Source of the DNA: an uncultured cyanobacterium
Lineage (GTDB): Bacteria; Cyanobacteriota; Cyanobacteriia; Cyanobacteriales; CAWUOF01
Length of the DNA: 64,000 nucleotides
Direction of reading: 5' to 3'
Assembly: GCA_963744145.1 (NCBI GenBank)
Contig: CAVUSO010000001.1
Location: 3,520,001-3,584,000 of the forward strand
Each line of letters opens with the position of its first letter. Position 1 is the first letter of the stretch. The notes under the pieces were generated by a model, which searched no databases, had not been told where the DNA came from, and saw only the letters and a list, made by a program, of their open reading frames with translations. The translations under genes were made by a program, and so were the position numbers. Below, piece by piece: positions 41,829 through 52,065 of the stretch.

Positions 41829-43847
41829 TTATTTTGAGAAAAGATATAAACAAGTGATCGCACCATCACGCAATTTGATCTGATTAATAAATCCTATTTC
41901 TTTTAAAACATCTAAGCATCGCTGCACATCACAATCATCATAATGTAGCTCAAATACCGCATATTTTACTTGACTGAGTAGGTTTGGATAATTTTCAATA
42001 AAAAGTAGCTCTGCACCTTCGACATCACACTTTAATAAATCTATTTCTGAATTTTCATTTTCCAGGAATGTGAGATCAATATATGGCACTTCAATAGATC
42101 TAACAGGTAGGTCATCATATTTACTTGTTCTCTTAAAAATTGAGTTAGCTACTGGATATTTATCAGATTCAAATATCTTTTCTTTTCCTTCCCGAACACC
42201 AACTAATCCATGAAAAATTTGCCAATGATAGCGATCGGGTAGATTAATTTTTGCCAATCTGGATAGAAGTTGGGAATAAACTGTTGGACTTCCTTCAATC
42301 AGATTTATTTGTAAAGAAATTTCTAGGTTTTTATTTTGTAATATTAGGTCAGTTACTCTCATACTAAAAAATCCCACATTAGCACCTAAGTCTACACATT
42401 TAAAGGTTCCTTGATGCTTGGTTGATAAAGCTTGTTTAATCGGTAAATCATATTCTCCTTTTAGAAAAATTTCATCATAACAGTCCCATTCACCTTGGTT
42501 TTCAATTTCGACAATTAACCCAGAGCGTAAATGCAAACTTAGTGTTTGCTTGGTGAAAATTGAAATTGTTGCTATATTATGCAAAAGATCGGGATCATCT
42601 GGAATAATATCACGGGCTTTTTTATAAGTAGCGATCGCTTCATCTAAACGATATTGTGTTTTCAAAGCATTACCTAAATTTAGATAACTACCAAAGTGTT
42701 CTGGATTAACTGTGAGTGCTTGACGATAAATTTTTTCCGCTTGTTTAGCATCACCTTGTCGATACCAAATATTGCCCAGATTATTATAAGCATCAATATA
42801 ATTAGGATCGATTTCTATCGCTTTTTCATAAGCAGCGATCGCTTCTAGATTCTGTTCCATCTTTTGTAATACCATCCCAATCCCGTAGTAAACCAGTGCT
42901 TTTGAAGCATCAATTTCTAAAGCTTTATATAAGGCATTTATCGCTTCTGAATATCGATTTGTCGTATAATAAAGCATTCCTAAATTATACCAAATATCAA
43001 AATTATTTTCATCCCATTGGATAAATTGGTGATATTTTTCCTCTGCTCCAGTTAAATGTCCTTGTTGATGTAGTTCGATTGCTGCTTGATAAAGAGATGC
43101 TAATGCTTTTTTATTTTGCTGACAGGATAAGCTATAAATTGCTCGAACAACTGATTGGTTACGAATTTGGCAAAAAATTGTCCATTCATAGTTAGAAATT
43201 CTGGTTTGATCCCAACTCAAAATTTGGATCTCATGACCAAAAAGGGGATCAGCATCTTGAATATTAGATAAATCTACCACTAGCTGACATTGAGGATTAG
43301 CTGCGATGAAGTCCCAGGTTGCTTGTTGCACACTACCCCAATTACTATTATTGATCATAATTACTGATTGATCAGCAAGGAAAGGTCTAACTAGCAATAA
43401 TCCCAATAATTGGGATCTGTAATCATGCTTACTATTGTAAAAATATACACCAATTTTATCTTCTAATCCTATTTCTCGCAATTGAAAGAAAAATTCTTCT
43501 ACAGTTTGATTACAGAAAAGCACTTGTTCTTCCAAACCAAACTTAGCTAAATTTTCTGTCAATCTTTCTAATCTTTTATTCTCTGGATCAAATTCAGAAA
43601 AATTATCTACCGCATAACCCATTTTTTCAGGATGATTTAAAAGAGCCCCAATTAAAGTAGTCCCATCAGAACAGCCAATTTCACAATAAACTTCACTGGA
43701 TTCTAAACACGCTACTGCAAAATTGAGTAATGGGATGAGGTTGGTGATATTTATCCCTTCAATTTGAGTAGATTTAGGATCAGCTAAATCTTTTTCCTCG
43801 GTTGAGGATAATTCTGGTAGTTGCCCAATAAATCTTTGATAGTCCAT
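41829..43847 (-). CDS. Degenerate MTase-like domain + TPR + FkbM-family methyltransferase
   Basis: 'VDLGANVGFFS', 'IDLLKCDVEGAE'; ATG 43847. Confidence 0.85.
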   Translation of the reverse strand: MDYQRFIGQLPELSSTEEKDLADPKSTQIEGINITNLIPLLNFAVACLESSEVYCEIGCSDGTTLIGALLNHPEKMGYAVDNFSEFDPENKRLERLTENLAKFGLEEQVLFCNQTVEEFFFQLREIGLEDKIGVYFYNSKHDYRSQLLGLLLVRPFLADQSVIMINNSNWGSVQQATWDFIAANPQCQLVVDLSNIQDADPLFGHEIQILSWDQTRISNYEWTIFCQIRNQSVVRAIYSLSCQQNKKALASLYQAAIELHQQGHLTGAEEKYHQFIQWDENNFDIWYNLGMLYYTTNRYSEAINALYKALEIDASKALVYYGIGMVLQKMEQNLEAIAAYEKAIEIDPNYIDAYNNLGNIWYRQGDAKQAEKIYRQALTVNPEHFGSYLNLGNALKTQYRLDEAIATYKKARDIIPDDPDLLHNIATISIFTKQTLSLHLRSGLIVEIENQGEWDCYDEIFLKGEYDLPIKQALSTKHQGTFKCVDLGANVGFFSMRVTDLILQNKNLEISLQINLIEGSPTVYSQLLSRLAKINLPDRYHWQIFHGLVGVREGKEKIFESDKYPVANSIFKRTSKYDDLPVRSIEVPYIDLTFLENENSEIDLLKCDVEGAELLFIENYPNLLSQVKYAVFELHYDDCDVQRCLDVLKEIGFINQIKLRDGAITCLYLFSK

Positions 43848-43855
43848 TTTTTTAA

Positions 43856-45898
43856 TTACTTCCAAAAAAACTCTACAAAAGCACTTCCTTCTCGTAACCT
43901 GGTATGATTAATAAATCCATACTCCCTTAAAAGCTGAAAACATTTATTGGGATCACAATAACTTTCATGCAGCTCGAATATGGCATAATTAACTCTACTA
44001 AATAAAGCTGGATAATTTTCTAGCAAAATTAGTTCGCTTCCTTCAATATCACATTTTAATAGATCGATTTCCTGAGCTTGGCTATATAAGGTCATTAGAT
44101 CAATATATTGGACATCAATACCTTTTTTTTTCGCACTTTCACTAAAAGTTGAGTTAACTGCTGGAAAAAGATCCGATTCCAATATTTTTTCGCTTCCTTG
44201 GGAATATCCAGCTAATCCCCAGATCAGTTTGATTTTATCTTGGAGAATATCTATTTTACTCATTCGGGATTGAAGATTAGAAAAAACTTGTGGACTTCCT
44301 TCAACTAGAGTTACTTCAAAATTAATTTGCGGTTTTTCTCGCATAATTAAGTCTGCTAATCTAATTGTAAAAAATCCAACATTAGCACCTAAATCCAAGC
44401 AACGAAAAACTTGGTCTGGTTTGAGCGAGTTTAAAACTTGTTTAATTGCTAAATCATATTCTCCATCGACAAAAATTTCATTGTAAACAATCCATTCAGA
44501 TGCGTTTTCGATTTTTATAGTTAGTCCAGATAATAAAGTCCAGCTCAGATAAAGTTTTTTCCAATTAGCACTGTACTCTAAGAATTCATTTCTGATCTTT
44601 TTTAATTTTGCCAAGATCTCAGAATTATTTGGCTCGATTGAGAGAGCTTTTTCATAGATCGTCAGTAATTCATCGGTTATAAAACCTTGTACCCTGATGA
44701 TATTCCCTAAATTTAAGTAACTATCAATATGTTCAGGGTTAACTGCGATCGCTTGACGATAAAATTTTTCTGCTGTGGGAAAATCACCTTTTCGATACAA
44801 AATATTACCGAGATTATTATACGCATGAATATAATTTGGGTCGAGAACAATAGCTTGTTGATATGCTGCGATTGCTTCAGGAATATTATCTATTTTTTCC
44901 CATACCAACCCCAATCCGTAATATCCGATCGCTTTAGATGAATCAATTGCTAAACATTTAGCAAGTGCTTGCCAAGCTTTTTGATATCGTTCCGTAGTAT
45001 AATAAAGCATCCCCAGATTGAACCAAGCATCAAAATTATGTTTTTCCCATAACAAAAATTGTTGATATTTTTGTTCAGCTTCTGCTAGATTTCCTTGTTG
45101 ATGTAGAATAAATGCTGCTTGACAAAGAGATTCTAAACGTTGCGGCTCTGGTTGATTTTCTAAATCGTAAATTTCCGAAATAACTTTTTTTGGATGTTGG
45201 TCAGATAACAAATTTAAAGAGGATATTTGTGATTTTTCTACATCCCATCTCAAAATATAAATATTCGGGGTTTCTTCACCTATCTTAGTACCAAATTGAG
45301 GCAAATGTAGTAAAATTTGTGCAGCAGGATAATCATTTATAAAATCATCAATTGCTTGTCTAACAGTTGGATTTCGATTATTAATAATCAGCAATGCTTG
45401 CTCAGTCAAAAAAGGTTTGACTAGCAATAACCCTAATAACACTGAGTGGTAATCTGAGTCCGCATCATAAAAATAAAGTCCGATTTCTTCTGTTACTTCT
45501 AACTCATTCAATTCTAAGAAAAACTGTTCAAAATTTTGATTGTATAAAAAACCTTGTTCTGCTAGTCCAAGTTTAACTAATTTTTCTGTCCATTTTTCTA
45601 ATTTTTCATCTTCTGAATCAAAGTCAGCAAAATCATCTACTACATAACCCATCTGTTCAGGATGATTGAGGAGTGTTCCGATTAAAGCTGTGTTCTGGAA
45701 ACATCCTAACTGACAATAAACTTCACCGGGTTCTAGACAATCAGCAGCAAAATTACATAACTGCATTAGATTAGCGGTAGTCCGATTTTGCAGTTCTCCT
45801 AGTAATAATTGAAACTGATCCGATTTAGGATGTACTGACTCCTCTCCCCAGTTTTCGTATAATTCAGATAGTTGCTCAATAAATTTTTGGTAATTCAT
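43856..45898 (-). CDS. Degenerate MTase-like domain + TPR + FkbM-family methyltransferase
   Basis: 'LDLGANVGFFT', 'IDLLKCDIEGSE'. Confidence 0.85.
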   Translation of the reverse strand: MNYQKFIEQLSELYENWGEESVHPKSDQFQLLLGELQNRTTANLMQLCNFAADCLEPGEVYCQLGCFQNTALIGTLLNHPEQMGYVVDDFADFDSEDEKLEKWTEKLVKLGLAEQGFLYNQNFEQFFLELNELEVTEEIGLYFYDADSDYHSVLLGLLLVKPFLTEQALLIINNRNPTVRQAIDDFINDYPAAQILLHLPQFGTKIGEETPNIYILRWDVEKSQISSLNLLSDQHPKKVISEIYDLENQPEPQRLESLCQAAFILHQQGNLAEAEQKYQQFLLWEKHNFDAWFNLGMLYYTTERYQKAWQALAKCLAIDSSKAIGYYGLGLVWEKIDNIPEAIAAYQQAIVLDPNYIHAYNNLGNILYRKGDFPTAEKFYRQAIAVNPEHIDSYLNLGNIIRVQGFITDELLTIYEKALSIEPNNSEILAKLKKIRNEFLEYSANWKKLYLSWTLLSGLTIKIENASEWIVYNEIFVDGEYDLAIKQVLNSLKPDQVFRCLDLGANVGFFTIRLADLIMREKPQINFEVTLVEGSPQVFSNLQSRMSKIDILQDKIKLIWGLAGYSQGSEKILESDLFPAVNSTFSESAKKKGIDVQYIDLMTLYSQAQEIDLLKCDIEGSELILLENYPALFSRVNYAIFELHESYCDPNKCFQLLREYGFINHTRLREGSAFVEFFWK

Positions 45899-45913
45899 AG
45901 ATAAGTCCTAATG

Positions 45914-47563
45914 TTATTTCCAGAAAAATTCTACAATAGCATATTCTTCTCTTAACCTGATATGATTGATCAACCCATAATTCTTTAAAAGTTGAATACA
46001 TTTATTGGGGTCACAATAATTTTCATGCAGCTCGAATATGGCATAATTAACTCTGTTAAATAAAGCTGGATAATTTTCTAGCAAAATTAGTTCGCTTCCT
46101 TCAATATCACATTTTAATAGATCGATTTTCTGAGCTGGACTAGATAAGGTCATTAGATCAATATATTGAACATCAATACCTTTTATTTTAGCACTTTCAC
46201 TAAAAATTGAGTTAGCTGCTGGAAAAAAATCCGATTCAAATATTTTTTCGCTTCCTTGAGAATGTCCAGCTAATCCCCAGATCAGTTTGATTTTATCTTG
46301 GAGAATATTTATTTTACTCATCCGGGATTGAAGATTAGAAAAAACTTGTGGACTTCCTTCGATTAGAGTTACTTCAAAATTAATTTGCGGTTTTTCTCGC
46401 ATAATTAAGTCCGCTAATCTCATGGTAAAAAATCCGACATTAGCACCTAAATCCAAGCAACGAAAAACTTGGTCTGGTTTGACAGAGTTTAAAGCTTGTT
46501 TAATGGCAAAATCATATTCTCCCTCGACGAAAATTTCATTGTAAATAAACCATTCAGAGCGATTTTCTATTTTTATAGTTAGTCCAGATAATAATGTCCA
46601 GCTCAGATCAAGTTTTTTCCAATTATCTCTTGATGCTAAGATGTGATTTCTAACTTTTTCTAATTTAGACAAGATCTCAGGATGATCTGGTTCGATTAAG
46701 AGAGCTTTTTCATAGGTAATTAGTGATTCATCAGCTATTCCCTGGATACTTAACACATTACCTAAATTCAAGTAATTGTCAATGTTTTCGGGTTGAACAG
46801 CGATCGCTTGACGATAAATTTTTTCGGCTGAGGGAAAATCACCTTTTTGACACAAAATATTACCGAGGTGATGATACGCATCAATATAATGGCGATCGGC
46901 TCCCAAATTTAAAGAGGATGTTTGAGATTTTTCTATGTCCCATTTCAAAATAGAAATACTCGGAATTTCTGGAGATATTCTCAGTGCAGTTGAATGATCG
47001 ATCATAAAATCAGTAATTGCTTGTTTCACTGATGGTCCTCGATTATTAATCAGCAGTAACGCTTGGTCAGTCAAAAAAGGTTTAACTAGCAATAACCCTA
47101 ATAACACTGAGTGGTAATCTGAGTCCCCATCATAAAAATAAAGTCCAATTTTTTCGGTTACTTTCAACTCATCCCATTCCTGAAAAAATTGTTCAAAATT
47201 TTGATTGCATAAAAAAACTTTTTCTGCTACTCCGAGTTTAATTAGCTGATTTGACCATTTTTCTAATTTTTCATTTTCTAAGTCAAATGCCAAAAAATCA
47301 TCGACTACATAGCAGAGCTGCTCAGGATGGTTGAGGAGTATTCCGATTAAAGCTATATTTTGCAAATATCCGATTTGACAATAAACTTCACCAGGTGCTA
47401 GACAATCAGCAGCCAAATCACATAATTGCAGGAGATTAGCTGTAGCTTGATCTGGAATTTCTTCTAGCACTACTTGAAATTTGTTAGACTTGGGATGACC
47501 TGATTCCTGTTCCCAATTTTCAGATAATTTAGGTAATTGCTCAATCAATTTTTGGTAATTCAT
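45914..47563 (-). CDS. FkbM-family methyltransferase paralog with shortened TPR region
   Basis: Near-identical to 43856..45898 in the FkbM domain; lacks about 130 aa centrally. Confidence 0.85.
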   Translation of the reverse strand: MNYQKLIEQLPKLSENWEQESGHPKSNKFQVVLEEIPDQATANLLQLCDLAADCLAPGEVYCQIGYLQNIALIGILLNHPEQLCYVVDDFLAFDLENEKLEKWSNQLIKLGVAEKVFLCNQNFEQFFQEWDELKVTEKIGLYFYDGDSDYHSVLLGLLLVKPFLTDQALLLINNRGPSVKQAITDFMIDHSTALRISPEIPSISILKWDIEKSQTSSLNLGADRHYIDAYHHLGNILCQKGDFPSAEKIYRQAIAVQPENIDNYLNLGNVLSIQGIADESLITYEKALLIEPDHPEILSKLEKVRNHILASRDNWKKLDLSWTLLSGLTIKIENRSEWFIYNEIFVEGEYDFAIKQALNSVKPDQVFRCLDLGANVGFFTMRLADLIMREKPQINFEVTLIEGSPQVFSNLQSRMSKINILQDKIKLIWGLAGHSQGSEKIFESDFFPAANSIFSESAKIKGIDVQYIDLMTLSSPAQKIDLLKCDIEGSELILLENYPALFNRVNYAIFELHENYCDPNKCIQLLKNYGLINHIRLREEYAIVEFFWK

Positions 47564-47592
47564 ATATAGTTCGATGTAATTAATTTTTATCC

Positions 47593-48312
47593 CTACAAAT
47601 TTAATCCATACTTTAAAGCTATTTGTAAACTATTTTCGGCTGATTTTTGTAATGCTTTAGTGATAATTTCTTGATATTGAAATGAAATTCGGAAGTCTTG
47701 ATCATGTTGTAAAAGTTTATATTCAATTTGATCATTCCAGAAAAAATAAGTATTCCAATACAGCATTCCCCCATTCAAAATTCTGATCATATTTTCCTCT
47801 TCTTCGCCAAAATTCAGATATTCAATAATCGGATATTTGGGTAAGAAAATTAAGATATTTCCATCGTTCCAAACCAAGTATCTGTGATGATGATAACCCC
47901 GCCAAGGAGGTGAACTAGCATCTACACCTCTACAACATTCAGCTATAGGTGCAGGAGTTTCAATATATCCAGATTTAGCGATCCGTGACATTTCTTGGCA
48001 TAACCATAAAGGATTATATATATCCTCTAGGGTATGGCGACAGTAGATAAAATCTACGCTTTTATTTGCATAAGGTAACGGATCTTTATTAATATCCAAA
48101 CAATGAACAGTTTGATTAGCTAAAATTGACGAATTCTGCCAATCAACAAATTCAGTTGCTAAGGAAAAAGGTTGGCGTCCAGGACCAATTTCTACAATCA
48201 ATTTCTGTTGAGACGCAAGGGATTGAACAACTTGCTGTATGGCTGGGTATGGACTCCAATAAGGCTGGGTTATTTTTAGTTCTTCAGTCATATGTTGAGC
48301 AGAAATAGCCAA
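47593..48312 (-). CDS. Class I SAM methyltransferase (Methyltransf_11-like)
   Basis: 'IVEIGPG', 'LPYANKSVDFIYCRHTLED'; start TTG 48312 or ATG 48291. Confidence 0.8.
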   Translation of the reverse strand: MAISAQHMTEELKITQPYWSPYPAIQQVVQSLASQQKLIVEIGPGRQPFSLATEFVDWQNSSILANQTVHCLDINKDPLPYANKSVDFIYCRHTLEDIYNPLWLCQEMSRIAKSGYIETPAPIAECCRGVDASSPPWRGYHHHRYLVWNDGNILIFLPKYPIIEYLNFGEEEENMIRILNGGMLYWNTYFFWNDQIEYKLLQHDQDFRISFQYQEIITKALQKSAENSLQIALKYGLNL

Positions 48313-48321
48313 TATTAATGA

Positions 48322-48496
48322 TTATTAGTCTGTGGGAGGATTGGGCACTCGCTAATCTGACAAAAAATTTAATTGTGACGGCTAGAGAAAAAGAGTTATC
48401 CCCAGACCAAACTTGGAACCAGCAAATTCTAATAAATGGCCCATGAATTAAGTTAACTCCTATAAAGTTATAATCATCTATAACAATGGTTTGCCC
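48322..48496 (-). pseudogene. Multiply-deleted remnant of the 38246..38962 methyltransferase gene and its upstream region
   Basis: 48322-48350 matches 38246-38274; 48371-48449 matches 38795-38874; 48450-48496 matches 38963-39008. Confidence 0.85.
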
Positions 48497-48648
48497 AAAA
48501 ATAGCGATCGCTATTTTGCCAGCAGCTCAGTTAGTCCATTCTAGCAAAAAAGTAACAAGAGCAGGTATTTAAGGCTATAATACCCAAATTTTATTTCTGA
48601 TCGATAACTACCCCTTAAAAAAATTTAACTAGCATTGAGAGGAAGCTA

Positions 48649-51600
48649 ATGAGAATTGCATTTGTAGACTTACTAACTTGGGATTACAAAGTTGAAAGCG
48701 CTTATCAAATGCCCCTGGGAGGTTCCCAGTCCGCTCTTTGCTATCTAGCTGAAGCCCTAGCCCAGCAAGGGCATGAAGTATTTCTTTTTAATCATACCTT
48801 ACGCTCTGGCATATCCTGCGGTGTCGTCTGTTTACATCTATCATCAATGTCACCGGAACTGACACAGTCCTTGGATGTCTTGATTATTCAGAATAGCCCC
48901 GGACATGGGGTGCAAATCAGATCAATTCTAGGAGATCAGATTCCCCTGATTCTGTGGACCCAACATAGTTACAATCAACCAGCGACATACCCTTTGCAAG
49001 ATCCCCAAGAACGCGATATTTATGATGCGATTGTCCTGATCAGTGATTGGCAAAGGGATTGTTTCCATCAATATCTGGGCATTAATCCTAGCCAGACTTG
49101 GGTGCTTCGTAATGCGATCGGACCAGCTTTTGCCAATATTTTTCCCGCCGATACTAGCATCCTGGCCCAAAAATCCCAACCTCCCGTTCTTGCCTACACT
49201 AGTACACCTTTTCGAGGTCTGAATATCCTCCTCGATGTTTTCCCCAGAATTCGCCAAGCCATACCTGGGACTAGGCTCAAAGTATTTTCTAGCATGAAGG
49301 TTTATCAATGTGCAGAAACTGAGGAAAATTCTGAATATAGTGCCCTGTATCGTCAATGTCGCGACACGGAGGGAGTTGAATATATTGGTTCTATACCACA
49401 ACCTGACTTGGCTCGCGAGCTTAAATCCGTCAATGTCTTAGCATATCCCAATTCTTTTGCCGAAACTTCATGTATTGCCGTGATGGAAGCAATGGCCAGT
49501 GGTTGTCGGATCGTCACCAGTGATTTAGGAGCTTTACCAGAAACTACGGCTGGGTTTGCCCGTTTAATCTCGATGGAGCCGGATTGGGAAATCTACAAAA
49601 ATCATTTTGTCGATGAGATGATTCAGATCTTACAAGAATTTACAGCGACAGATACTACTAAGCTCGAAACTCTGTTAAGACAACAGGTAGACTATGTGAA
49701 TAGCTCCTATATCTGGTCAGTTCGGGCTAGGGAATGGGTGGAATGGTTGACTGATTTTTGTGCTAAAAGTCGCGTAACACCATCCTTGAGTTTATTAGCC
49801 CCGCATCCGGAACCTCCTGCTGATCTAGGACAGCAAGCATACCAATGCTTAATTCAAAATGAATATGCTGAAGCTGTTAGTTGGTATGAACAAGCTATTG
49901 CGGCTGACTCTACTGTCATGTCTCACTATTGGCATTTGGGGTTAGGATTACTTTTGCAAGGTCAAGAAGCAGAAGCTCAATCTACTTGGTTGCTAGCCAT
50001 GGCAGATGGGACAGAGGCAGAAATTGAACTATGGACAGCTGAGTTGATCCAAGTATTGCAAACCGAAGCCCAACGACGCGAAAATTTAGCAGAAGATCAA
50101 ATTGTTTGGGCGATTCGACAGCATATTCGCGAAATTGTACCTACTGATCTTAATAATCTTTTGGCTCTAGTTCTACTGGCCATCAAACTGGAAATTTTAA
50201 CTGGGGAGGAATTGGGTGAAGCGATCGCCCTACTTAAATCAGTCCCAAAACCAGAGGTCAACTCCCATCTTTTATTGCAAGTTCTACGTCAGATGTTAGC
50301 TTACCTACCTTTGCATCCTTCATCTCTAGAACTAGCTGAAACTTGTTTACCTTATGTTGTTGAGGAACCGACATCTTTTTTAGCAATCATCTTTCCCGCA
50401 GCGATTAAAATTGCTTACTCCTCCAATGTCGCCGGATTGGCAGCAATGTTAATGGAGCTATGTTGGCAATTAACTCCTGGAAATCCCGAAGTTTTATATC
50501 AGTTAGCTGCTTTTTATCAAGATGCTCTTGATTATACTAAAGGTATCGATACTGCTAAATCTTGCTATGCACTTTCCCCCGCATTACCTGCGAGAATTTA
50601 TAGTAATTACCTGATCATGCGGGGTTTGATGAAAGCTGGTGGTCATTGGCAAGAATTTGATGAAATTGCCCAACGACAAGATTTACTCTGTCAGGAATTA
50701 ATTGCCGTAGAACCCTTACTTGATCAGACTATGAGTCTGCGGATGTTTAACAGTAACTACTTTTTACCCTATTTTCGAGATGATCTAAAAAATCATCGCC
50801 AAATTCAAAATCAGCTAGCTCGAGTTGGTCAGTCTAATCTCCGACTGAGTAATCAAGTTTTAACCGAAAAATGTCGTCAAAGAATATCTTCTATTCCTCA
50901 AATAAATCCTGGTAGACCTTTAAAAATTGGTTATTTATCTCATTGTCTAAAAAGACATTCTGTCGGCTGGTTGGCTCGGTGGATTTTTCAACATCATGAT
51001 CGCGATCGCTTTCAAATTTTTGCTTATTTACTTAATGCTACTCAGCGAGATGATTTACTGCAAGAATGGTATATAAAACAAGCTTTTAAGGCTTACAAAT
51101 TTGGGTTAGAGTTAACAGAAGTGGTCGAGCAAATTTGTGAAGATGAAATTGATATATTGGTGGATTTAGATAGTATTACCCTCGATATTACTTGTGGGAT
51201 TATGGCTCTAAAACCAGCACCGATTCAAGTAACCTGGTTGGGTTGGGATGCAGCGGGAATACCAGCGATCGATTACTTTATTGCTGATCCTTATGTATTA
51301 CCAGATTATGCAGAGGATTACTACCAAGAAAAAATCTGGCGATTACCCCAAACTTATATTGCTGTTGATGGATTTGAACTAGATGTACCCAGCTTACGAC
51401 GGGAACAGTTAAATTTACCCGCAGATGCAGTAATTTATTTTAGTGCCCAGAGAGGTTTTAAACAACATCCCCAAGCCGCAAGACTGCAAATTAAGATTCT
51501 GAAAAATGTCCCAAATAGTTACTTTTTAATTAAGTGTTTAGCTGATCAAGAATCGATCAAAAATCTATTTTTCCAAATTGGAGAGGAAGAAGGTGTAGAG

Positions 51601-52011
51601 CGCGATCGCTTGATATTTTTACCAGAGATTCCTTTAGAAGAAGTTCATCGAGCTAACTTAGGAATTGCCGACATAGTGCTAGATACCTATCCCTATAATG
51701 GAGCCTCAACAACTTTAGAAACATTGTGGATGGAGATTCCTTTAGTGACCAGAGTAGGAGAACAATTTGCTAGTCGCAATAGCTATACCATGATGATGAA
51801 TGTGGGAATAACCGAAGGAATTGCTTGGACAGATGAGGAATATGTAGAATGGGGAGTTAGGTTAGGAAAAGAGCCGCTTTTACGGCAAAATATATCATGG
51901 CGTCTGCGCCAAGCCAAGCAAACATCTCCTTTGTGGAATGCCCAGCAATTTACCCGTGAGATGGAAAAAGCTTACCAGCAAATGTGGGAAAATTATCTAA
52001 AAAACAGATAA
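48649..52011 (+). CDS. GT4 glycosyltransferase + TPR + GT41 (OGT-like) fusion
   Basis: 'PLGGSQSA', 'YTSTPFRGL', 'ETSCIAVMEAMASG'; internal 'YWHLGLGLLLQGQEAEAQSTW'; 'HSVGW', 'LDTYPYNGASTTLE'. Confidence 0.9.
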   Translation: MRIAFVDLLTWDYKVESAYQMPLGGSQSALCYLAEALAQQGHEVFLFNHTLRSGISCGVVCLHLSSMSPELTQSLDVLIIQNSPGHGVQIRSILGDQIPLILWTQHSYNQPATYPLQDPQERDIYDAIVLISDWQRDCFHQYLGINPSQTWVLRNAIGPAFANIFPADTSILAQKSQPPVLAYTSTPFRGLNILLDVFPRIRQAIPGTRLKVFSSMKVYQCAETEENSEYSALYRQCRDTEGVEYIGSIPQPDLARELKSVNVLAYPNSFAETSCIAVMEAMASGCRIVTSDLGALPETTAGFARLISMEPDWEIYKNHFVDEMIQILQEFTATDTTKLETLLRQQVDYVNSSYIWSVRAREWVEWLTDFCAKSRVTPSLSLLAPHPEPPADLGQQAYQCLIQNEYAEAVSWYEQAIAADSTVMSHYWHLGLGLLLQGQEAEAQSTWLLAMADGTEAEIELWTAELIQVLQTEAQRRENLAEDQIVWAIRQHIREIVPTDLNNLLALVLLAIKLEILTGEELGEAIALLKSVPKPEVNSHLLLQVLRQMLAYLPLHPSSLELAETCLPYVVEEPTSFLAIIFPAAIKIAYSSNVAGLAAMLMELCWQLTPGNPEVLYQLAAFYQDALDYTKGIDTAKSCYALSPALPARIYSNYLIMRGLMKAGGHWQEFDEIAQRQDLLCQELIAVEPLLDQTMSLRMFNSNYFLPYFRDDLKNHRQIQNQLARVGQSNLRLSNQVLTEKCRQRISSIPQINPGRPLKIGYLSHCLKRHSVGWLARWIFQHHDRDRFQIFAYLLNATQRDDLLQEWYIKQAFKAYKFGLELTEVVEQICEDEIDILVDLDSITLDITCGIMALKPAPIQVTWLGWDAAGIPAIDYFIADPYVLPDYAEDYYQEKIWRLPQTYIAVDGFELDVPSLRREQLNLPADAVIYFSAQRGFKQHPQAARLQIKILKNVPNSYFLIKCLADQESIKNLFFQIGEEEGVERDRLIFLPEIPLEEVHRANLGIADIVLDTYPYNGASTTLETLWMEIPLVTRVGEQFASRNSYTMMMNVGITEGIAWTDEEYVEWGVRLGKEPLLRQNISWRLRQAKQTSPLWNAQQFTREMEKAYQQMWENYLKNR

Positions 52012-52065
52012 TCTTTAAATCTAGGTCAGTAAGATAGCAAATTTAGTTAGTCAGGAGGTAATTTC

